Program-made: the position numbers and the translations under genes | Shown here: positions 49,704 through 58,847 of the stretch, one piece after another | Layout: each line of letters begins with the position of its first letter | Position numbering within the stretch: the first letter of the stretch is position 1 | Notes under the pieces: model-generated | The model's input: only the letters and a program-made list of their open reading frames with translations | Database searches by the model: none | Told to the model about the DNA's origin: nothing | NCBI GenBank assembly: GCA_038245295.1 | Contig: JBBRSP010000020.1 | Coordinates: 35,765-99,764, forward strand | Length of the DNA stretch: 64,000 nucleotides | Direction of reading: 5' to 3' | Source of the DNA: Candidatus Binatia bacterium | Lineage (GTDB): Bacteria > Desulfobacterota > Binatia > HRBIN30

Positions 49704-50335
49704 TTGTCACCCGCCGCAGGAGCGCTCGGCGCCGCCGTCGTCGCGGTGGCGACGGCGAGAGCTTTCTTCACGGCACGGCTGGCGGCGTCGACGGACAGAG
49801 TCGCCCCGGCGATGTTCTGGATATCCCCCGGCGCTTTCAACGAGTTTGTCTTGTCCTTGTCGCGATACTGCTTGAGGAAGCGCGGCGCGCGGATCTCGCC
49901 GCCGTAGGCCTCGCGGTAGGCCATGACGGCGACATCGCTGATGCTGCCGTCGTTGCGCACGCCGACGATGAACGTGATGGGCCGGTGTTTGCCGATCTCC
50001 TCGACAACGACCGCGCTGCCGATTGGCTGGCCGTCGTGGCTCGCCGCAAAGACGACATACGACTCCTCCCACACGGAGGGTTCCTCGGGCTGCAGGCGCT
50101 CACGAATGCTTTGGCGCAATTCGGCCGATGCCTGAACCACGGAGCGAATGAAGGTTGCCTCGGGAAATACCGCATGCGGCGCGTCCTCTTCGCTGAGAAA
50201 AACACCTTCCTGCGCGTGGACGCCGCGCGCTAGCGACAGGCACAGCACGCCGAGCAGCGCGAGCAGCCACACGACTACGGGCCGTCGTCGTGTCATGGCG
50301 ATGGTGCCGGATGAATCTACTCCTGAGCGCTGCAT
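49700..50335 (-). CDS. Exported FMN-binding (flavinylation substrate) protein
   Basis: Signal peptide; IGKHRPIT, YREAYGGEI, FLKQY, IQNIAGATLS. Alternative start at 50296. Confidence 0.88.
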   Translation of the reverse strand: MQRSGVDSSGTIAMTRRRPVVVWLLALLGVLCLSLARGVHAQEGVFLSEEDAPHAVFPEATFIRSVVQASAELRQSIRERLQPEEPSVWEESYVVFAASHDGQPIGSAVVVEEIGKHRPITFIVGVRNDGSISDVAVMAYREAYGGEIRAPRFLKQYRDKDKTNSLKAPGDIQNIAGATLSVDAASRAVKKALAVATATTAAPSAPAAGDK

Positions 50336-50369
50336 TCTGCGGCTTTCCTCGTGGGGGCGTTTACGACGT

Positions 50370-52664
50370 TTAGTGGCCGCTGCCCGCGGGGGCGGTATGT
50401 TCAACGCGATGGAGGATTTGCTCAACCCGTGTGACCAAAGCCGCCACGGCAGTAGAGCTCTGCGATGAGCCGCTGCGGGTCAGCTCGCTGCTCAAACCGT
50501 CGCAAGCGCTGCGCAGTGCGCGTAACTCACCCACCAGGCTGTCGTCGACGATTGGCGGCGCCACGGCGCGGCTGCGTTGCCACGAAATGTAGCTGGCGAA
50601 GAGAAGCAGGACGACGAAGAGCATCTGTGCCGCCAATGTTTCCACGGAAGGGAAGATGCCAAGCAGGGGTAGCGTCGGAGCCCAACTGACCGGCGTCGAG
50701 GAGATGAGGGTTGCCTCCTGCAATTCGTGCACTCCCTGGCCGGCGAAGATGGCTGCCATGCTGTAGAGGAAGATGCCGGTAAACAGGAAGAACTGTTGCA
50801 TCGGAATACGAACCTGGAAGCGGCGCATCAATGTGTAGACGATGGTCAGCGCGACCGTGCCGGCGCCGAGGCCGATGGTGATGGTCACTCCCGCGGCTGG
50901 AGCGCTGGCGTAAAGGGCTTGATAGAACAGCACGGTCTCGAAACCTTCGCGGTAGACGGCAAGAAACGCGGCGCCGGCCAGCGCCAGGGAGCTGCCCTGG
51001 CCGACGGCCGATGTCACTTTGCCGCGAATATACTGGTGCCAGCGGTCGGCTTCGGCCTTCGAGATCAGCCAGTAGCTGACCCAGAACAATACGACCGCGG
51101 CCAGCAACATCGTTGCCCCTTCGAGCAACGGCCCGGAGCCGGGGTAGGCGGCGCGAATTTCGACCATCGCGAAAGCCGTGACAATACTCATCACGATGCC
51201 GCCAACGACGCCGGCGTGAATGCCACGGCGCAGCGCGGTACCTCCTGTCTTGATCACCCACGACATGAGAGCGCTGATGACCAGGACCATCTCGAAGCCT
51301 TCCCGCAAGATGATTCCCGCCGATTGCAGAAACAATCCCGAGGCGCTGGCCTGCGGTTGTAGCGCGACGCGGACAGCCTGGAAGTCGTCCTTGATCGCGG
51401 CCGCGGCCGCTGTCACAGCCGCGTCGTTGCCGGCTGCTTTGACGCCTTGTCGCAGCTTGAGGAAGTGTTCTTCGACGTTTGTTTTCAACGTTGCGTCGAC
51501 GGCGCCGAGTTTCGGTTCGATGGGTTCGAATTCGAAGTAGCCGTCCGACGCGAAGCCGGCGGCCGCGTTGTCGCCATGCTGATAGGCCGCCACCGTCTGG
51601 TCGACGAGCCGGAGGCTCGCCGCGAGGGCTGTCTCAGTGTCCGATCCCTTGGTCTCGGGCTTGTTCGGTGGAGTGCCGGCATCGTTGTTGGTCGAGTCGT
51701 TCGGACCTCCCGGACCACCCATCGACAGCAGTCGCAGGAAACCAACCGCCTTCCAGCGCTCGTCATCGCTGAGCGTCCGCGCAAACGACGGCATCGGAGT
51801 TCCCGCCAAGCCGTGCGTCGCGATGTCGAACAACTGGGCGTCGGCCTGCTTGGCCAATGTCTGTGGCTTACTGAGGTCGGGGGCCGGTTTGGTGAGCACC
51901 GCCGTGTAGGCGCCCTGGCCGTTGCCGGTGGCGCCGTGGCAGTTGGCGCATTGCGACAGGTAGATGCCTTGGCCTTCGGCGATGCCTGCGGTGCCGTGCG
52001 ACAACGTCCAGATGTGACTGAGCAGATCCCAGCGCTGGTCCAGGCTGAGTGAATCACCCCAGGAGGGCATCGCCGTCTTACTCTTGCCGAGGGTGATGAC
52101 GTGGAAGAAGTCGTAGGGCGTCTCGCCGCGGATGAACTTGGCGTCGGCCAGGTTGGCCGGTTTCGGATTGAGCGTGGCGGCATCGGGTCCGGTGCCGTCA
52201 CCGTCGGGCCCGTGACAGCGGGCGCAATTCTCGAGGAAGAGCTGTCGTCCGCGGGCGGCCGACGGGGCAGAGGTGGGGAAGAGTTGTTCTTCGATGCCGG
52301 TGATACGCGAAACGCCGGCGCGCAAGCTCAGCGCTTCGGCGGCCACCTGGTCTACCTCACCAAGGGCGTTGATCTTGTTCGCCAGGGACTCGAATTGGGG
52401 CTCGAGGTCGTGGATGGAGAGATTGTTCTCAGAGGCGACTTGTTTCAGGGTGGCCTTGGCTTCGTCGAGGCAGGTCTTGGCTTCTTCGAGCTCGATCGGG
52501 CGCACGACCCGGCCGCCCTCGACTCCTTCGCGGTAATCTTCTCCCACCGCGCCCAACAGCGTGAGGATCCGCTGCACCCGCACTTCATGCGCCGGTGCCA
52601 GCGCGCCCGCCGGGCTGGCCAGCGCGACTGTGAGAGCCAACAGAGGAATCAAGTCTTTTCGCAT
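50370..52664 (-). CDS. Diheme cytochrome c - FTR1 iron permease fusion
   Basis: Signal peptide; CARCH and CANCH each followed by an MPS motif; two REGFE motifs in a multi-TM domain. Confidence 0.92.
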   Translation of the reverse strand: MRKDLIPLLALTVALASPAGALAPAHEVRVQRILTLLGAVGEDYREGVEGGRVVRPIELEEAKTCLDEAKATLKQVASENNLSIHDLEPQFESLANKINALGEVDQVAAEALSLRAGVSRITGIEEQLFPTSAPSAARGRQLFLENCARCHGPDGDGTGPDAATLNPKPANLADAKFIRGETPYDFFHVITLGKSKTAMPSWGDSLSLDQRWDLLSHIWTLSHGTAGIAEGQGIYLSQCANCHGATGNGQGAYTAVLTKPAPDLSKPQTLAKQADAQLFDIATHGLAGTPMPSFARTLSDDERWKAVGFLRLLSMGGPGGPNDSTNNDAGTPPNKPETKGSDTETALAASLRLVDQTVAAYQHGDNAAAGFASDGYFEFEPIEPKLGAVDATLKTNVEEHFLKLRQGVKAAGNDAAVTAAAAAIKDDFQAVRVALQPQASASGLFLQSAGIILREGFEMVLVISALMSWVIKTGGTALRRGIHAGVVGGIVMSIVTAFAMVEIRAAYPGSGPLLEGATMLLAAVVLFWVSYWLISKAEADRWHQYIRGKVTSAVGQGSSLALAGAAFLAVYREGFETVLFYQALYASAPAAGVTITIGLGAGTVALTIVYTLMRRFQVRIPMQQFFLFTGIFLYSMAAIFAGQGVHELQEATLISSTPVSWAPTLPLLGIFPSVETLAAQMLFVVLLLFASYISWQRSRAVAPPIVDDSLVGELRALRSACDGLSSELTRSGSSQSSTAVAALVTRVEQILHRVEHTAPAGSGH

Positions 52665-52682
52665 CGCGTCGTTTCCTCGATT

Positions 52683-52699
52683 TTGAAACTCATTATCAA
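52683..52699. promoter_or_regulatory. Fur-box-like palindrome
   Basis: TTGAAACTCATTATCAA: 2 mismatches to the 7-1-7 TGATAATnATTATCA, lying between a minus-strand TTGACA (52720-52725) and the start codon. Confidence 0.7.
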
Positions 52700-52780
52700 C
52701 TAGACCATGCACTTCGGTGTGTCAAATGGTCCCGTTGGCTATCGCGGATGCAGGTGGACGGCGCTGTGACGCAGGTCACT

Positions 52781-52988
52781 CATTTGGCCATCTGGGCATT
52801 TAGCCATCTGGCCAGTTTTTCATCGGGCCATCTGGTTAGCAGTCTGTTGAAACAGTCCGATTCTCAGATTTACCCATCCTGGAGCCCTTGTCCCAAAAGA
52901 GCTCCAGAAAGCAAGTCTGCCCACATCAGGTTTTTTTAACGCGGACTGTTAAACGGCCAAATGGCCAAACGGAAAAATGACCAAGTGG
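52781..52988. repeat. Inverted arrays of 8 nt units with a nested MITE-like insertion (52837-52951)
   Basis: Seven CATYTGGC-like units on the left, complementary units on the right; the insert starts TAGCAGTCTGTTGAAA and ends TTTTAACGCGGACTGTTA. Confidence 0.65.
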
Positions 52989-52989
52989 T

Positions 52990-53424
52990 TCACCGCCGAT
53001 GGTAGCTCATCTTGCGGTGTGGGATGCCGGCTTCGTCGAACTGGTCGCCGAGCGCTTGGAAGCCGATGCTTTCGTAGAAAGGGATGGCCTGGACTTGCGC
53101 GTGCAACACGAAGAAGTGTTGCCCCGACTCGATCCCGCAAGCCATGAGGTGCTCGATGAGGGCGCGGCCAACGCCGAGGCGGCGAAACTCGGCAAGCACC
53201 GCCATGCGTCCGATCTTGCCGGCGCCCGGCAGTAGCACCAGCCTTCCCGTTCCCGCTGCCTTGTCGTCGACGAGGGCCAATGCGTGCCGAGCTCGACCGT
53301 CGTCGCTGTCGAACTCCTCTTCGATCGGGATCTTCTGCTCCTCGTGGAAGACGAGCCGGCGGATCTGATACGCCGCCTGGCGCTCCGCCTCGGTCGTCAC
53401 GCTGATGACTCGAACGCGGTTCAT
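52990..53424 (-). CDS. GNAT acetyltransferase (YjcF/ElaA-like)
   Basis: IRRLVFHEEQ, KIGRMAVL, RRLGVG, LHAQ, FDEAGIPHRKM. Confidence 0.92.
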   Translation of the reverse strand: MNRVRVISVTTEAERQAAYQIRRLVFHEEQKIPIEEEFDSDDGRARHALALVDDKAAGTGRLVLLPGAGKIGRMAVLAEFRRLGVGRALIEHLMACGIESGQHFFVLHAQVQAIPFYESIGFQALGDQFDEAGIPHRKMSYHRR

Positions 53425-55181
53425 TTTTGCATCTGCGCCAGATAGCCGCGTGTTGTCTCGGCAATCGGCCCGCTTGGCTCCAGGCGCAGCGATTCTTCGA
53501 AGTTGTGCCGCGCCCCCGCGGCGTCACCCATCGATAGGAGAACCTGGCCGAGCAGCGCATAGGTCTTGGCCGGCTGCCATTGCGTGAGAAAGGTCGCTGA
53601 GGACGGCGCGGTCTTCAGCGCCAACGCGTTTTCAAACGCTTGCTTGGCGCGCGCGATCTCGCGTGTCACGGTGGCGCGGTCGCCTTTCTGGTCGGCTTCC
53701 TGAACGACCGCCATCAGCGTCATGCCGAGATTGTGGTAAATCGCCGGATGCGGTCCAACCGCCAGGGCGGCTTCAAATTCTTGCGTTGCCTTGGTGTAGT
53801 CGCCCAGGCGACGGTACAGGGTTCCGAGGTTGGTGTGAATCGTGACCAGCCCTTCCGGATCATTCCGCAACGATAGTGCTTGCTGATATTTGTCGATCGC
53901 TTCCTGATTGCGCTTTTGCTCCATCAAGCCGTTCGCAACTTCACGCACCGGCAACGCGGCGTGCGGATTCTTCAGCGCCGCGTCGGTCCAGAAGGTTGTG
54001 TTGCTCGTCCATGCCTGTGAGTACGCTGCCGTGCGCAGCCCCGCCGCGACACTGACGATGAGGATGACCGCGCCCCAGGCGACGGCCGGCATACGTAGGC
54101 GCTGCGCCAAGGTCACGGATGTCGCCGCCAGGGCAATGACCGCGGCAATAGACGGTACATAGACGTAGCGATCCGCCACCGGTGCCGAGGCACTATTGCC
54201 GAGCAACACGAGGAAGGTCGGAGTCAGCGGTGCGAGGAACCACAGCGCCATCGCCAAGGTTGCGTGCCGCGACTCGCCGCGCGTCCGTGCGATGGTCGCC
54301 CCTGTTGCGGCGATCGCCACGAGACCGGCCGCGAGATACCCAGCCAGACGCGGCACCTGATCGACGTACGCCGCCAGCCAAATCGGCGCGAACGCCTGTG
54401 TCACATAGAACCCGAAGGCGTAGAACAAGTTTGGCATGACATCGGCGATCGGCAACATCGCCGTAGTCGCCGGGGCAGCCCCGCCAAGTGCTACACGCCG
54501 CAAGAGGAGATAGACGCCTGTGGCCGCCAGCGCGGGCATCACTCGACTGACACGGAGGCCGCGCCCACGGATCAGGTCGGTACCAACAATCAGCACGATC
54601 CCGGCGATGGCGATTTCCTTCGACAGCAAGGCCGCCAGGAGCAACGTGCCACTAGCCAGACCACTTGCCCACTCGTCGTCACGATCCGACACCAACAGCG
54701 TGCCGAGTAGGAAGGTGCCGACAATGACGTCGGAACGTCCCGCCATCCAGGCCACCGATTCCGTATGGACTGGCCACACGGCGAACAGGAGTCCGGCGGC
54801 GACAGCCATGGCGGTTTGCCGCGGCAACCACCGTAACGCCAGCAGCGCCACGAGCACCGAGTTCAGCGCGTGTGTGGCAATCACCGAGACGTGAAACCAG
54901 TACGGCGTCTCGCCGGCGATTGATCGATCAATCAGGTAGCTGACGAAGACGAGGGGGCGGAAATAGAATTTCGGAATGATCGGCGGCAGGACGAACAGGT
55001 CTCCGATCGATCGGATGGCGCGGATCTGCGCCAAAACCTGCGGGTCGTCCCAGATGAAGCCGTTACGTGTCGCCGGCCAATATGCCAGGAGCGCCGCCAG
55101 CGCCGGGATCACATAGATCGCCCACACCGGCGGCTCCGGCCATCCCGCCGCCGGTTTGGGTGCCGCTGCTGCGCTCGCCAT
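53421..55181 (-). CDS. TMTC-like membrane glycosyltransferase with C-terminal TPRs
   Basis: FIWDD, YFRPL, HTESVAWMAGRSD, LLSKE, ADRYVY, TPR repeats. Confidence 0.8.
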   Translation of the reverse strand: MASAAAAPKPAAGWPEPPVWAIYVIPALAALLAYWPATRNGFIWDDPQVLAQIRAIRSIGDLFVLPPIIPKFYFRPLVFVSYLIDRSIAGETPYWFHVSVIATHALNSVLVALLALRWLPRQTAMAVAAGLLFAVWPVHTESVAWMAGRSDVIVGTFLLGTLLVSDRDDEWASGLASGTLLLAALLSKEIAIAGIVLIVGTDLIRGRGLRVSRVMPALAATGVYLLLRRVALGGAAPATTAMLPIADVMPNLFYAFGFYVTQAFAPIWLAAYVDQVPRLAGYLAAGLVAIAATGATIARTRGESRHATLAMALWFLAPLTPTFLVLLGNSASAPVADRYVYVPSIAAVIALAATSVTLAQRLRMPAVAWGAVILIVSVAAGLRTAAYSQAWTSNTTFWTDAALKNPHAALPVREVANGLMEQKRNQEAIDKYQQALSLRNDPEGLVTIHTNLGTLYRRLGDYTKATQEFEAALAVGPHPAIYHNLGMTLMAVVQEADQKGDRATVTREIARAKQAFENALALKTAPSSATFLTQWQPAKTYALLGQVLLSMGDAAGARHNFEESLRLEPSGPIAETTRGYLAQMQK

Positions 55182-55191
55182 CCGCTGCGAC

Positions 55192-56121
55192 TTATTCCAC
55201 CTTCGGCGGCGCCGGATTGACGAGATCCATCCCCAGCGTCGACGGGAACAGCTGCACGATCTCTTCCGCTGTCCAGCGGCCGCGCTTGGTGATGGTGCGC
55301 GCCGGGGCAGGGTAGTTGAGCAGTGACACGACACCACCGCGAACCATGAAGGTCTGGCCGTTGATGTCCTTGGCGGCGTCGGTGGCGAGATAGACGGCGA
55401 ACGGTGCCACGTCGTCGGCTTCGGCGCGCAGCGGCGCCACCGATCCGGACAACGTGCCGGGCAGCGCCACACCGCGTTGCTGACGAATCTCGCGGGCTTT
55501 GTCCGGCACTGACGCGGTCATGCGTGTTTGCGCTGCCGGGGCGATGGCGTTGACCGTGATGCCGTACTTGCCGAGGTCGCGCGAGATGACCCGCGTCAGC
55601 CCAGCGATGCCATCCTTCGCGGCGCCGTAGTTGGCCTGGCCGGTGTTGCCGTACAACCCCGACGTCGATGACATGCTGATGATGCGTCCGAACTTCTGCT
55701 GCCGCATCTGCACCGAAGCATGGCGGGCGCAGTTGAACGCCCCCTTCAAGTGCACGGCGATCACCGAATCCCAATCTTCCTCGGAGAGGTTGAAGACCAT
55801 GCGGTCGCGCAGGATGCCGGCATTGTTCACCAGGATGTCGATGCGCCCAAACTCCTTCACCGCCGTATTGATGATGTTCTCGGCCGCTTTGAAATTGGAG
55901 ACACTGTCGCCGTTGGCGACGGCGCGGCCGCCTTTGGCTTTGATCTCGTTGACGACTTCGTCGGCGACCGAAGCCGTTTGCCCTGATCCATCGATGTTGG
56001 CGCCGAGGTCATTGATGACCACCGCGGCGCCTTCTTCGGCCAACAACAGCGCGATGCCACGTCCGATGCCACGCCCGGCGCCGGTGACTACGGCTACTTT
56101 ATCCTTGAGACGGTTTCCCAT
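55192..56121 (-). CDS. SDR family oxidoreductase
   Basis: TGAGRGIG, NNAGILRD, NYGAAK. Confidence 0.95.
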   Translation of the reverse strand: MGNRLKDKVAVVTGAGRGIGRGIALLLAEEGAAVVINDLGANIDGSGQTASVADEVVNEIKAKGGRAVANGDSVSNFKAAENIINTAVKEFGRIDILVNNAGILRDRMVFNLSEEDWDSVIAVHLKGAFNCARHASVQMRQQKFGRIISMSSTSGLYGNTGQANYGAAKDGIAGLTRVISRDLGKYGITVNAIAPAAQTRMTASVPDKAREIRQQRGVALPGTLSGSVAPLRAEADDVAPFAVYLATDAAKDINGQTFMVRGGVVSLLNYPAPARTITKRGRWTAEEIVQLFPSTLGMDLVNPAPPKVE

Positions 56122-56143
56122 GGTTCGAATCCTCTCCGGTGAC

Positions 56144-57064
56144 TCAGGCCTGCCGCGGCGGTGCCGGGTTGGCCAATCCGTTGGCCAGGGTCAGCGGCAC
56201 CAGGTCGTCGAGCTCGTCGAGCGTCCAGCGTCCTTCGGGTTTGTAGATCGTGTTGACGGCGCGCGGCAGCGATACGAGCGAGATCGATCCGCCGGCACAC
56301 AGGAAGAATTGTCCGTTCACACCGGCCGCATGATCGCTGGCGAGGAAGACAACCATCGGTGCGACATCCTCGGGCTTGAGATCCTCGAGCTGCGCCAGGG
56401 CGCGCTCTTCGCGGACGATGCCCTGCTGCTTGCGGATCTCGCGTGCTTTCAAGAACTCGTCGGTCATGGTCATGCGTGTCGCCGCCACTGGGGCGATGCC
56501 GTTCACGGTGACGCCATACCGGCCAAGGTCGCGCGCCGCGACTTTGGTCAGGCCACTGATCGCCGCCTTCGCCGAGCCGTAGTTGGCTTGTCCCGGATTA
56601 CCGAACAGCCCCGAGCCCGACGTGAAGGTGATGATGCGTCCGAACTTCTGTTCGCGCATCAACGGCGCCGCATGGCGCAGGCAATTGAAGGTTCCCTTGA
56701 GGTGCACCGCGAGGACCGAATCGAAGTCGTCTTCGCTCATATTGAACACCATGCGATCGCGCAGGATGCCGGCGCATGTGACGAGTATGTCGATGCGTCC
56801 AAACTCTTTCACCGCCGTGTTGATGATGTTGGCGCCACCATCCCACGTCGACACCGAATCACTGTTGACGGCGGCGTCGCCACCGGCCTGTTTGATCTCG
56901 TTGACGACGTCAAACGCCGGGCCCGAGGTCGGGGCCTGTCCGTTGAGGTCGACGCCGAAGTCGTTGACCACAACCTTGGCGCCCGCCGCGGCCAACCCGA
57001 GTGCCACACCGCGTCCGATGCCGCGCCCGGCTCCGGTGACTACTGCTACCTTGCCATCCAACAT
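56144..57064 (-). CDS. SDR family oxidoreductase (paralog of the downstream gene)
   Basis: TGAGRGIG, AGILRD, NYGSAK. Start reassigned to ATG at 57064. Confidence 0.95.
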   Translation of the reverse strand: MLDGKVAVVTGAGRGIGRGVALGLAAAGAKVVVNDFGVDLNGQAPTSGPAFDVVNEIKQAGGDAAVNSDSVSTWDGGANIINTAVKEFGRIDILVTCAGILRDRMVFNMSEDDFDSVLAVHLKGTFNCLRHAAPLMREQKFGRIITFTSGSGLFGNPGQANYGSAKAAISGLTKVAARDLGRYGVTVNGIAPVAATRMTMTDEFLKAREIRKQQGIVREERALAQLEDLKPEDVAPMVVFLASDHAAGVNGQFFLCAGGSISLVSLPRAVNTIYKPEGRWTLDELDDLVPLTLANGLANPAPPRQA

Positions 57065-57281
57065 TCCGCTCACAGCTGGGTCTCCCTCGAATCGATCGCT
57101 CGAATCCGTCGAATGATACGCGGCGCTGCATGCGCCGAGTCGCGAGTTGTATGGGACGGCCGTTCGGAGTGTCAAGACGGATGAGCCCGTCTCAAACAAG
57201 TGTTTGTCCCGTCTTGACTGCGTCGCTCCGCCTCGCCATTACGGGGCACACTTTCATTGTGTCTTTAAGGAGAGCCGAAGC

Positions 57282-58736
57282 ATGCAAACCTACGACCGAC
57301 TATTCATCGGTGGCGATTGGATCGCCCCGGCCACGAAGTCGATGATCGATGTGATCTCACCCCACAACGAAGAGCTCGTCGGCCGCACGCCGGAGGCCAA
57401 GGAGGCGGACATTGATCGCGCCGTTGCCGCGGCGCGCGATGCGTTCGACAACGGGCCGTGGCCGCGCATGACCGGTCCTGAGCGCGCCGACGTCATGGCC
57501 CGCCTGCTGGCGCTGCTGCAGGAACGCTCAGGCGACATGGCGACGACGATCACCAAGGAGATGGGCTGCCCCATTTCATTCTCCGAAGTTGGCCAGGTGA
57601 TGGGCACCTTCATGATGCTCGACTACTACATCCGCCTGGCGCGCGAATTTGCCTTCGAAGACGTGCGCCCCGGACTGCAGGGCCCGTGCCTGGTGCGCCG
57701 CGAGGCCGTGGGTGTCGCCGCCTGCATCGTGCCGTGGAACGTGCCGCTGTTCACCATCATGCTGAAGCTGGCGCCGGCTATGGCGGCCGGTGCATGTGTG
57801 GTCATCAAGCCGGCGCCGGAAACACCTCTCGACGCGATGATGCTGGCCGAGGCGGTCAAGGCGGCCGGGGTGCCGAATGGTGTCGTCAATATCGTTCCCG
57901 CTGGTCGGGAGGTTGGTGAGTATCTCGTCCGTCATGCCGGTGTCGATAAGGTCGCGTTCACCGGCAGCACCGCCGCCGGGCGCAAGATTGCCGCGATCTG
58001 CGGCGAACAGCTCAAGCGCGTCACCCTCGAGCTCGGCGGCAAGTCGGCCGCCATCATCCTCGATGACGCCGATCTCAGCTTCACCATTCCCAGTCTGTTG
58101 CCGGCGATCATGATGAACAACGGCCAGGCCTGTGTGGCGCAGACCCGCATCCTGGCTTCGCGCAAGCGCTACGACGAAGTGGCGGCGGCGCTGACCGAAG
58201 TCGTCAAGGCGATGCCGATCGGTGATCCGCTCGACCCGATGACTCAGTGCGGCCCGCTGGTTGCGAGGCGCCAACAGGAGCGCGTTGAAGGGTACATCAA
58301 GATCGGTCGCGACGAAGGCGCTAAGGTGGCGTGTGGCGGCGGTCGCCCGGCCGGCCAGAGCAAGGGCTGGTACGTCGAGCCGACCGTGTTCGTCAACGTC
58401 AATAATCAGATGCGTATCGCGCGCGAAGAGATCTTCGGGCCCGTCGTCTGTGTGATCCCGTACGATTCGCCGCAGGACGCCGTCAAGATCGCCAACGACT
58501 CGGAGTACGGCCTATCCGGCTCGGTGTGGACGGCCGACATCGATGTCGGCCTCGGCATTGCCAAGCAGGTGCGCACCGGTACCTACACGGTGAACGGCTT
58601 CGCGATGGAGTTTGCCGGACCGTTCGGCGGCTTCAAGGCCTCCGGCATTGGCCGTGAGCTCGGACCGGAAGGCCTGGCTGGGTATCTCGAAGCCAAGCAG
58701 ATCAATCTGCCGTACGGCTACGAGCCGAAGATTTAG
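57282..58736 (+). CDS. Aldehyde dehydrogenase
   Basis: AAGGAG site; PWN, FTGST, LELGGKS, NNGQAC, EEIFGPV. Confidence 0.95.
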   Translation: MQTYDRLFIGGDWIAPATKSMIDVISPHNEELVGRTPEAKEADIDRAVAAARDAFDNGPWPRMTGPERADVMARLLALLQERSGDMATTITKEMGCPISFSEVGQVMGTFMMLDYYIRLAREFAFEDVRPGLQGPCLVRREAVGVAACIVPWNVPLFTIMLKLAPAMAAGACVVIKPAPETPLDAMMLAEAVKAAGVPNGVVNIVPAGREVGEYLVRHAGVDKVAFTGSTAAGRKIAAICGEQLKRVTLELGGKSAAIILDDADLSFTIPSLLPAIMMNNGQACVAQTRILASRKRYDEVAAALTEVVKAMPIGDPLDPMTQCGPLVARRQQERVEGYIKIGRDEGAKVACGGGRPAGQSKGWYVEPTVFVNVNNQMRIAREEIFGPVVCVIPYDSPQDAVKIANDSEYGLSGSVWTADIDVGLGIAKQVRTGTYTVNGFAMEFAGPFGGFKASGIGRELGPEGLAGYLEAKQINLPYGYEPKI

Positions 58737-58847
58737 TCAGCAGTTTCCTGGGATCCCGTCGATTGGGCGTCACGCAGTGACACGCTCCGCTCGGAGCGCG
58801 GCGCTCCGCGGCGCCCGAATCCCGGCAGCGCAGAAAGAAGGACGACC

